A stretch of 64,000 bases of DNA. Origin: Salinispira sp. Its GTDB lineage: Bacteria > Spirochaetota > Spirochaetia > DSM-27196 > Salinispiraceae. The notes under the pieces are model-generated. The model did no database searches, was not told the origin of the DNA, and was given only the letters and a program-made list of their open reading frames with translations. This document shows, one piece after another, positions 31,410-38,969 of the stretch; position 1 is the stretch's first letter; the number at the start of each line of letters is the position of its first letter. Both the position numbers and the translations under genes were made by a program. The stretch is from the NCBI GenBank assembly GCA_965226555.1, contig CBDDDG010000021.1:64001-128000 (forward strand). The letters are read 5' to 3'.

Positions 31410-32345
31410 TCATGCCGCAACCAAGTTCTCCGCCAGCTCCAACACATCCACCGGCCACAGGCATTCCGGGCGCGGATGGCGTACTCGCGGATGTCCGTCC
31501 GCCGGACGGCAGTTCTGTAGGGATTTGAGCCACTGGGCAGGAATAGCTTCCCTGCCGAATACAGCCCCTAACAGCGATCCGCAAATAGCCGCGTTGGTAT
31601 CGGTGTCGCCTCCGCGCATAATGGTGTCGACAACACCGTCCTCAAGCCCCGGAGCATGAAGGAGCTGATACAGGGCATTCTGAAAAGCGATCAATACCCA
31701 GCCCTGTTGGCGCAGATAGTCCGCTGGGGGTTCTTCGGCGGCTTTGTTAATGCTATGCAGCAGAGCGGGTTCGGCGGGCATATCGACTGCCCACTGCCGG
31801 ATGCGCTGGTAGAGCTTCCCGCGGCCGCATTCGAATTGAATAGCCTGAGCAATTGCCATGGCAAACAGCGCGTTTGCCTGCCGACAGATAGGGTTGGGAT
31901 GAGTAATCGCCGCATCCTGCATGGCCCATTCAGCCACCCGATTCGGGTCAATTCCGGCTCCGAAAATTCCGAGCGGGCTAATCCGCATGAGCGCTCCATT
32001 TGCCTGACTGTTTGAATTTGGGGTGCCGCGCAGCCCAGCGGAAATGGTCGCGCCAATGTCAAAGGGAGCGGAGTTCAGCCAGTAGCGGTATTCCCTCAGC
32101 GCCGCTTCCCGATCAAATGAACCTGTTTTTGCCAGCATCCGGGCAAGGAGCAGCGCCATCTCGGAATCATCGGTTGGTTGCCCCGCAATGGTATTATGCG
32201 CGCCGCCATCCGCCATCGCCCGAACACCATCAGGATAGCTGCGCCGAATCTCATCCGCGGACTGAAACTCAACCAGACTTCCCAATGCATCACCGGAAAG
32301 CTGGCCAAGCAGGCAGCCCTGAGCTTTGGCAATGTGGTTAGTCAT
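31410..32345 (-). CDS. ADP-ribosylglycohydrolase
   Basis: GDALG, GQPTDDSEM, NGALMR and GGDTDTNAAICG. Confidence 0.92.
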   Translation of the reverse strand: MTNHIAKAQGCLLGQLSGDALGSLVEFQSADEIRRSYPDGVRAMADGGAHNTIAGQPTDDSEMALLLARMLAKTGSFDREAALREYRYWLNSAPFDIGATISAGLRGTPNSNSQANGALMRISPLGIFGAGIDPNRVAEWAMQDAAITHPNPICRQANALFAMAIAQAIQFECGRGKLYQRIRQWAVDMPAEPALLHSINKAAEEPPADYLRQQGWVLIAFQNALYQLLHAPGLEDGVVDTIMRGGDTDTNAAICGSLLGAVFGREAIPAQWLKSLQNCRPADGHPRVRHPRPECLWPVDVLELAENLVAA

Positions 32346-32350
32346 AGTGG

Positions 32351-33508
32351 TTAGTCATAATTCCGCCGTTTGATAATACATGTGAATAGGTTGCCGTCAT
32401 AATCGTTAATGAATTCAATGTTCGGATAGTTTTTCAATGCCCGCAGAATGCCCGAACCAAGCCCGCGATAGGGTATGAGGTGATATGCAAAGGAGGCGAG
32501 AATTGGGTTTCGTATGTTTGAAATGCCGGCTTTAATGTTTTCGATTGTCAGATTATTGGGAAGATGCCCCGGGCTGATAATCTCAACGCGGTCGGAGAAA
32601 ATACATACGCGTATTGGAGCAGAAATGAAATAATTCCGATGTACCAGAGCATTTGCGACCAGCTCTTCCAGAACAATTCGCGGTATTTCGGGCTGTCCAA
32701 CGCTATTTACGCCCTGTTCGCCCTGAATTTGCCTAGTGTTGGAAAGAATGAATCCGACTGTTTGCTGAAAAATATCGGAGAGTTTTCCGGTAATGTCGCT
32801 GCTGTCAATGTAGGTTTCTGTTGTAATTGTGTCGCCCTGAAACGCAATGGCTTTTACAATGTATACGGGAAGTCGGATGGAAGGAGTCTGCGCAAACAGC
32901 AGCGCGCCGGTAATAGTGAGTTCTCCATTGTTTCCAAGGTTCATGTTGTTAATTGTTTTCTCCAGCGGTACCGTTTGGTCATCCAGAGATTCGCCGTAGT
33001 GTTTCCGAAAGAAATTTCTGAAATACGGCATATCAAGATCAACTATTGTCATACCGACCGCAGGAATACTGTCGGCATGCACCAACCCCGATTCCTGAAA
33101 CAGGCGCTGCAATTCCTCCCGCGAAGTAGCTTTACGTTTATCGGATCCGTTCTTTATCCAGATCGTTCCATTCTTGTCCTGATAAGGCTTATTCATTCCC
33201 TTTGCAACATAGATGAGCAAAACCCGCTTTTCTTCAAGCATTACAATTTCGGTAAAGAGGTTAATTGCCGGTCGTACATTTTGACTGGCAGCGTTGGAGA
33301 GAAGCTGATTGATGCGGCGCAGGTCATCGGCTGTTATACCGGCAACAGATCCATCATCATCAACTCCGACAAGGATCAATCCGCCTTGCGTATTGCTGAA
33401 TGCTATAAGCTCCTGCGCCATGGAGTCGGGATTGTTTATGTTCTTTTTGAACTGATGACGGCTGTCTTCGCCTTGCCCCAGTATTTTCAGCAGTTCTATG
33501 GTTTCCAT
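32351..33508 (-). CDS. AlbA_2 (Schlafen-like) + HATPase_c_4 domain protein
   Basis: GEDSRHQFK, AFSNTQGG.ILVGVDDDG, ELVANALVHRNY, SPG and RNP. Confidence 0.88.
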   Translation of the reverse strand: METIELLKILGQGEDSRHQFKKNINNPDSMAQELIAFSNTQGGLILVGVDDDGSVAGITADDLRRINQLLSNAASQNVRPAINLFTEIVMLEEKRVLLIYVAKGMNKPYQDKNGTIWIKNGSDKRKATSREELQRLFQESGLVHADSIPAVGMTIVDLDMPYFRNFFRKHYGESLDDQTVPLEKTINNMNLGNNGELTITGALLFAQTPSIRLPVYIVKAIAFQGDTITTETYIDSSDITGKLSDIFQQTVGFILSNTRQIQGEQGVNSVGQPEIPRIVLEELVANALVHRNYFISAPIRVCIFSDRVEIISPGHLPNNLTIENIKAGISNIRNPILASFAYHLIPYRGLGSGILRALKNYPNIEFINDYDGNLFTCIIKRRNYD

Positions 33509-33537
33509 ATGCTTACAATCTCTCAGTCCGACAATTA

Positions 33538-33663
33538 GAAAGTTTTGCAAAATGCAAAACTTTCTATAAAATTGGAGAATGCTAAGCACAAAGAAAGCAT
33601 TCCGAATCTGAAACTTTTGCTACTGGAAATTGTGCAAGCACAATTTTCCAATGCAAAAGTTTC
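33538..33663. mobile_element. MITE family A, full 126-bp copy with TSD AATTA
   Basis: AATTA at 33533-33537 and 33664-33668. Confidence 0.9.
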
Positions 33664-33673
33664 AATTATATTA

Positions 33674-34018
33674 TGGAGGTGGCGGGAGTTGAACCCGCGT
33701 CCTAAAAAGCAGGAAATACGCGTCTACAGGTTTAGTCAGCGTATTGTTTTAAGATCTTCAGGCAGGCTAACAAGCCGGAACAGATCCGATCCCTAGTGAA
33801 GTCCCGCGCGCCGTTAGGGCGCCAGCGCGCAGCAAGTCCTGGTTTCTGACAGACAGCTCGGGCCTCAGGACTGCGTCCCGAGTGTCCGTGGCAGCACTAT
33901 TAGGCTGCCATTGCGTATTCTGCGTTGTTGGCAGTTATACAAAAGGTGCCAATCAGGAGATGGCTCTCCACCTGCAACGTATCCCCAATTACTTCTCAGT
34001 CGAATCCGGAACACCCCC
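33674..34018 (-). ncRNA. ssrA: tmRNA, tag peptide ANNAEYAMAA*
   Basis: 5' GGGGGTG..GGATTCGAC; 3' GACGCGGGTTCAACTCCCGCCACCTCCA; resume context ATAACT-GCC AAC AAC GCA GAA TAC GCA ATG GCA GCC TAA. Confidence 0.95.
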
Positions 34019-34071
34019 ATGTATATACCAAGGAAATTCATCCTCCGTATTCTACACCGGTAAATATAACA

Positions 34072-34198
34072 GAAAGTTTTGCAAAATGCAAAACTTTCTA
34101 TAAAATAGGAGAATGCTAAGCACAAAGAAAGCATTCCAGATCGGAAACTTTTGCTACTGGAAATTGTGCTCTGCACAATTTTCCAATGCAAAAGTTTC
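34072..34198. mobile_element. MITE family A, full 127-bp copy with TSD TAACA
   Basis: TAACA at 34067-34071 and 34199-34203. Confidence 0.9.
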
Positions 34199-34237
34199 TA
34201 ACAGAAATGCTGTAGCAGGGGCAATAGTCTTGTTTTG

Positions 34238-34918
34238 TCAGTTTATTCTCACAGAATACAGTCCATCAATGTGTTCAGACAGCTCAGGCTTTATTTCTTT
34301 GAACATCGGATCGAGAATAAAATCTATTCCTTCCCTTCGGGCTGTTTTAGCAACTGGAACGAAATCGCTATCGCCAGTAACCATAATTATTTGGTCTACT
34401 AATTTTTTGTATGCTAAAGAAGATGCATCCATCCCCATTTTCATATCAACTTGTTTTTGTCTGATATCAAGCTCAATATCATCTTCAGTCAGCTCAATAG
34501 TTTGCGCTTTAATTTTCTTCATACTTTTGGGTTTTACGGTAAATCCATAATCTACCAATTTTCCCAATCTCAGAGCGACTTTCCTTGATCTTCGAAGCTC
34601 AGCAAGTAGCTTTCTCATAAACACTGCTTGTGGGGTATCAGATAATTTAATCTGCTTTTTGCTAATGGGATTGTATACAATTTTGTCAAGTGGTTCGCAA
34701 TCATAGTAATATATGCGGTATAACATCCCATTGCTGTGCTTCAGGTGTCCATTGACTAATTTCTTATGCAAATAATCACTTATGGCAGAAACATTATATA
34801 TATCAAAATTGGGATCATTTTTTCTATTTATTGCTCGATATTGCTTTACAAAAAATGCGCCATCAATAAGAATTGCAGTGTTATATATTTTTATTGGAGG
34901 GTTATTTCCTGTTGCCAT
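34238..34918 (-). CDS. NYN domain (PIN-fold, LabA/DUF88-like) putative ribonuclease
   Basis: ILIDGAF, RIYYYDCEP, QKQVDMKMGMD and TGDSDFVP. Confidence 0.9.
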   Translation of the reverse strand: MATGNNPPIKIYNTAILIDGAFFVKQYRAINRKNDPNFDIYNVSAISDYLHKKLVNGHLKHSNGMLYRIYYYDCEPLDKIVYNPISKKQIKLSDTPQAVFMRKLLAELRRSRKVALRLGKLVDYGFTVKPKSMKKIKAQTIELTEDDIELDIRQKQVDMKMGMDASSLAYKKLVDQIIMVTGDSDFVPVAKTARREGIDFILDPMFKEIKPELSEHIDGLYSVRIN

Positions 34919-34931
34919 ATATCCGATCTTT

Positions 34932-34986
34932 AAAAAAAGCCTACGGATGGCATCAATTCCTTATGACGGATGACTTAACCGTAGGC
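34932..34986 (-). terminator. Leader stem-loop plus U-tract directly upstream of the NYN gene (candidate small RNA or attenuator)
   Basis: Minus strand reads GCCTACGG-N32-CCGTAGGC followed by a T-run. Confidence 0.6.
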
Positions 34987-35003
34987 ACTATGTTCTAATA
35001 GGG

Positions 35004-35032
35004 AATGTAATAAATTTATGAAACAATGTCAA
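35004..35032 (-). promoter_or_regulatory. Sigma-70 promoter for the leader/NYN transcript
   Basis: TTGACA-17 nt-TACATT on the minus strand. Confidence 0.7.
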
Positions 35033-36386
35033 TAGTTGATTGTGGAAATTCTGTTCTCAACGGCAATGAGCGCCTATGATCAAGTACATCCTGCCATACA
35101 ATTCCCTCGCCGGCAGCGACTGGGCCTGTGAGCCTGCAGCCGATGAGATGGTCGAAATAACGGGGATGCAGACCAGTTATAAGATTTTTTTCTGTCCGCA
35201 GAATGAGCATATCATCCCGCTGAAGAACATGGCCTGCCTCCCGCGCTTCACGCAGGTGGATGCTTCGCCTGCTGCTCCGATAGTGTGCGCGCTCTGAGGG
35301 TGCCAGATATTTTGAACCCTTTCCGAGAATCTGAAAAAGCTCTTCACTGTCATGCGTTTTGAGCATGGAATGCTCCGCCCATTGTTTTTTCAGGCAGCCA
35401 AATGAGCTTGTCGGGGAGGCAGATGAGCTTGTCGGGGAGGCAAATGAGCTTGTCGGGGAGGCAGAATTGGGGCTGTTCCGTATCTGCTCTGCCTCCCGCA
35501 CGGCATCTACCATTGAGCTGAATTCGGCGGGCGGAAGGGCAATGGCATCATCGAGGCCATCACCGCTGCGGTTCAGGGTGAAGTGTTTCTCAACCATTAC
35601 CGCGCCGAGGAGGACGGCGCAGCTCGGCACGAGTACTGGATTGCGGCTGTGATCGGAGACCCCGATTGGCAGCTCGAACATTCTGCCGAGGTTGGGAATG
35701 AGACGGAGATTGTACTCGGATGTCGGAGCAGGGTAGGCAGTTACACAGTGGAGGAGGGTGATATGGGGCAGGCGCGCTGCGCTGGCTGCCTGCACCGTGT
35801 CGGCTGGCTGCGTTGCATTGGCTGGCTGCGCTGCATTGGTTGCCTGCGCCGTGTCGGCTGGCTGCGCTGCGCTGGCTGCCTGCCGGATACAGCCGAGGGC
35901 TTCCTCAATATCGCCAAGAAAACTGACGCCGGTGGAGAGCGCGAAAGATTCCGCTCTGGAACTCAGAAAGCGCAGGAGCGGCAGATGATTCAATTCAGGG
36001 CTGGCAATTTTGAATGACCTCTCGCCAATTTCCAGAAGATCGGCTGCGCTGCGCAGACCGAAGGGGGAGCAGAAAAATACCCCCCCCAGTTCTGTACAGC
36101 TTTCTTTCAGACGGAACAGAAAATCGGCTGAAGTTTCCAGCTCCCGGAAGCGTTGAAAAAGATCTATGTTCCCGCTCGGCAGATCGACATTACCCGTTCG
36201 GGGATGAAGAATTTCATCTGCGTAAAAATGTTGGAATTTTATGAGGTCGGCGCCCGCTTCTACAGCGGCATGAATAAGTTCCCGAGCATGGGGGAGGTCG
36301 CCGTTGTGTCCGCTGCCGATTTCAGCGACAATCTGTACTTTTTGCGGATTGTATTCCGCATTTTTCTGCTCATCGCCATGAGACAT
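35016..36386 (-). CDS. N-acetylneuraminate synthase family protein (NeuB/SpsE-like) with C-terminal SAF domain
   Basis: AEIGSGHNGD, IKFQ, KIAS, LLHCVTAYP, GVSDHS and EKHFTL. Confidence 0.9.
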   Translation of the reverse strand: MSHGDEQKNAEYNPQKVQIVAEIGSGHNGDLPHARELIHAAVEAGADLIKFQHFYADEILHPRTGNVDLPSGNIDLFQRFRELETSADFLFRLKESCTELGGVFFCSPFGLRSAADLLEIGERSFKIASPELNHLPLLRFLSSRAESFALSTGVSFLGDIEEALGCIRQAASAAQPADTAQATNAAQPANATQPADTVQAASAARLPHITLLHCVTAYPAPTSEYNLRLIPNLGRMFELPIGVSDHSRNPVLVPSCAVLLGAVMVEKHFTLNRSGDGLDDAIALPPAEFSSMVDAVREAEQIRNSPNSASPTSSFASPTSSSASPTSSFGCLKKQWAEHSMLKTHDSEELFQILGKGSKYLAPSERAHYRSSRRSIHLREAREAGHVLQRDDMLILRTEKNLITGLHPRYFDHLIGCRLTGPVAAGEGIVWQDVLDHRRSLPLRTEFPQSTIDIVS

Positions 36387-36416
36387 GGCAGTGTTTCCTC
36401 CTGTCAGTTCTTTCTG

Positions 36417-37691
36417 TCAGTTCTTTGGGGGATGAATCCGGTCAAAGCCCAGCCAGGGTCTGAGAACTTCCGGCATGAGTACCGAACCGTCTTCTTCTTG
36501 AAAATTTTCCAGTATGCTGATAATGGCGCGGGGAACGGCGAGAGCAGTGCCGTTGAGCATGTGAACATAATTCCGTTTTTCGTCATCTCGGTAGAAGGTT
36601 TTAAGACGATGAGCCTGATAATCGGTGCAGTTAGATGCCGAAGTAATTTCTCCCCAGCCGCCGGCATCGCCGCGTCCGGGAATCCATGCCTCAAGATCAT
36701 ATTTTCGGTATGCGGGAGCTCCAAGGTCGCCGGTGCAGGTGTCTATAAGGCGAAAGGGGATGCCGAGGCCGGAAAAGATTCTCTGCTCTATCTGCTGAAG
36801 TTCTTCAAGTATATCTTCCGAGTTCTGCGGATGAGCGTAAACAAACATTTCCAGCTTTGTGAACTGGTGTACGCGGTAGAGTCCCTTTGAGAATTGCCCT
36901 GCCGCTCCGGCTTCTTTCCTGAAACAGTGGGAAAGTCCCGCAAGCTTCACAGGAAGTTTTTCGGCAGGAATGGTTTTTCCCGCATAATAGGCGCCAAGGG
37001 TAATTTCCGATGTTCCGATGAGGCAGAGGTCGGTATCTTCGATGGTGTAAACATTACTCTCATCGCCGCGGGGGGAAAATCCAATGTTGGAAACAATTTC
37101 TTCCCGGGCAATATCCGGTGTTATGAGAATATCGAAACCCTCCGCGCGGAGAATATCCATGGCATAATGAATGAGGGCCATTTCAAGAAGAACCGCTTCA
37201 TTTTTCAAATAATAGAACTTCGAGCCCGATACCGCTGCGGCGTGCTCAAAGTCGATAATATCGAGCAGCGCGCCCAGTTCAATGTGATCGCGGGGAGGGA
37301 AAGAAAAGCGGCGGATAGTCCCGCTCCGGGAGATTTCACGATTATCTTTTTCTTCGCTGCCGATTGGCGCATCGGGGTGGGTCATGTTGGGAATACGTTC
37401 GAGTTCTGTTCGGAGCTCTGCTTCAAGTGTATGCAGCTCTTTTTCATCTGCCGCAATGGAATCTTTCAGCAATCTTCCATGAGCAATGAGTTTGTTCCGA
37501 TCATCCATTGAGCCCTTCATTTTTCCGGCATGCTCATTCCGCTCATGCCGTTGAGCATCGAGCTGTTGAACAAGCGAACTTCGTTTTTCATGAAGTTGCA
37601 GAACTTTTTCAGGATCGGCCCTCAGTTTACGATTGTGGATATTCGTTTTTACGGCCTTGAGATTTTCACAAATAAATTTTACGTCTAGCAT
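36417..37691 (-). CDS. serS: Serine--tRNA ligase
   Basis: GTSE, FRKEAG, GLYRVHQFTKLE, EITSASNCTDYQ and LNGT. Confidence 0.97.
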   Translation of the reverse strand: MLDVKFICENLKAVKTNIHNRKLRADPEKVLQLHEKRSSLVQQLDAQRHERNEHAGKMKGSMDDRNKLIAHGRLLKDSIAADEKELHTLEAELRTELERIPNMTHPDAPIGSEEKDNREISRSGTIRRFSFPPRDHIELGALLDIIDFEHAAAVSGSKFYYLKNEAVLLEMALIHYAMDILRAEGFDILITPDIAREEIVSNIGFSPRGDESNVYTIEDTDLCLIGTSEITLGAYYAGKTIPAEKLPVKLAGLSHCFRKEAGAAGQFSKGLYRVHQFTKLEMFVYAHPQNSEDILEELQQIEQRIFSGLGIPFRLIDTCTGDLGAPAYRKYDLEAWIPGRGDAGGWGEITSASNCTDYQAHRLKTFYRDDEKRNYVHMLNGTALAVPRAIISILENFQEEDGSVLMPEVLRPWLGFDRIHPPKN

Positions 37692-37786
37692 GATGCCAGT
37701 GTATAGAGTATTCGCGTTAAGATTCAACCCGTGCTGAAATCATGCAAAATCCGCGCCTGCTGCAATATCAACATTCGCGCGACCAT

Positions 37787-38635
37787 TCAATCTGCGCTGT
37801 CGGCAGTTTTTTCCAGATTCCGCGCCCGTTCAGCGGCGGCCGAGACTGCCTGCATGATGCCCGCAGTGAAATGATGTTCATGAAGAGCGCGTATGCCCTC
37901 AATGGTGGTACCGCCGGGGCTGCATACCCTTGTAACAAGGTCAGCGGGACTCAAGCCCTCCGCCTCAGCTTCCCGCACTGTCGCGGCAGCTCCCTCAATA
38001 ACATTCAACACCGCCTGAAGGCTTATATCGTACTTCAAACCTTCCCGAATACCGCCAAGTACGAGCGCATGTATGAATTCATACACATAGGCTATGGCGG
38101 AACCCGATATACCGATAACGGCAGGAATAAGTTCTTCAGGAACCTCAAGGACGATACCGGTCGCCCAAGCGATCTCACGGGCATTTTCCCGAAATTCCGC
38201 GCTGCAGTTCTCCGAACAGACAAGGGCAGTAACAGCCTTACCCACCCGCGCTGCCAGTGAGGGCATGAAACGGATAATGTGCGAAGAAGGCAGGAGAGCC
38301 GATAATTTTTTGAGACTGATGCCCGCCGCAAGCGAAATAACGGGCTTGCCGACAAGCAGCGCCCGGTGCTCCCGCGCCGCCGCAGCGATTTCCTGGGGTT
38401 TTACTGCGAGAATAACAATATCGGCATTCACGGCATGGGGATGATCTGACTGCGCTGAAAAATCGGAACAATCGACAGCATGATACTCTTCAACGGCAAT
38501 TTTTCTCCGCTCGGGCGACTTCTCAATGACGCCGAGAGTGAGCGCCGCCTTATTCTGCATTCGCCGCTGTTCTGTGAGGCCTGCAATGAGAGCCTCACCC
38601 ATATTTCCAAAACCGATAATGATGATTGATTCCAT
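37787..38635 (-). CDS. proC: Pyrroline-5-carboxylate reductase
   Basis: GFGNMG, LAVKPQ, SLAAG and VCSPGGTTIEG. Confidence 0.95.
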   Translation of the reverse strand: MESIIIIGFGNMGEALIAGLTEQRRMQNKAALTLGVIEKSPERRKIAVEEYHAVDCSDFSAQSDHPHAVNADIVILAVKPQEIAAAAREHRALLVGKPVISLAAGISLKKLSALLPSSHIIRFMPSLAARVGKAVTALVCSENCSAEFRENAREIAWATGIVLEVPEELIPAVIGISGSAIAYVYEFIHALVLGGIREGLKYDISLQAVLNVIEGAAATVREAEAEGLSPADLVTRVCSPGGTTIEGIRALHEHHFTAGIMQAVSAAAERARNLEKTADSAD

Positions 38636-38738
38636 AGTCTTCCTCCGATCGGGAATGCTTTTCTGCGCTGAGCATTCTCGCAGTTTACAAACTTCTCCGA
38701 TTCTATCTGAAATTTTTGCATAAATAAAGATGCTTGGC

Positions 38739-38826
38739 GCGCGTATGGTTGAATTCTCCTGCAGGGATGTGCCGCGCGTATGGTTGAATTCTCCTGCAGG
38801 GAGGCGGCGCGCGTATGGTTGAATTC
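38739..38826. repeat. 35-bp-period tandem repeat (about 2.5 copies) in a divergent intergenic region
   Basis: GCGCGTATGGTTGAATTC starts at 38739, 38774 and 38809. Confidence 0.85.
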
Positions 38827-38969
38827 GCAGGCATGAAGCACAAAGAGTTGACATATACTCATTTGTTGATGATACTATAATACAGCGGAGCTTGAAAAAA
38901 CATTATTTCCGCGATGCAGTGTGAAATACCCGTGTTTCCAGAGCTTTCCTATGGAGAAGAATTTTATTA

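Noticed and set aside
33509..33589. N-terminal extensions and small ORFs such as 11487-11777, 33545-33796, 34113-34550 and 60541-60801
   Set aside because: They are translated MITE sequence (recurring MLSTKKAFQIGNFC, MQKFL and GNCAC peptides), not real coding regions.
38739..38826. Possible mini-CRISPR array
   Set aside because: The variable part is only about 6 bp, there are fewer than three full units, and no cas genes are present.
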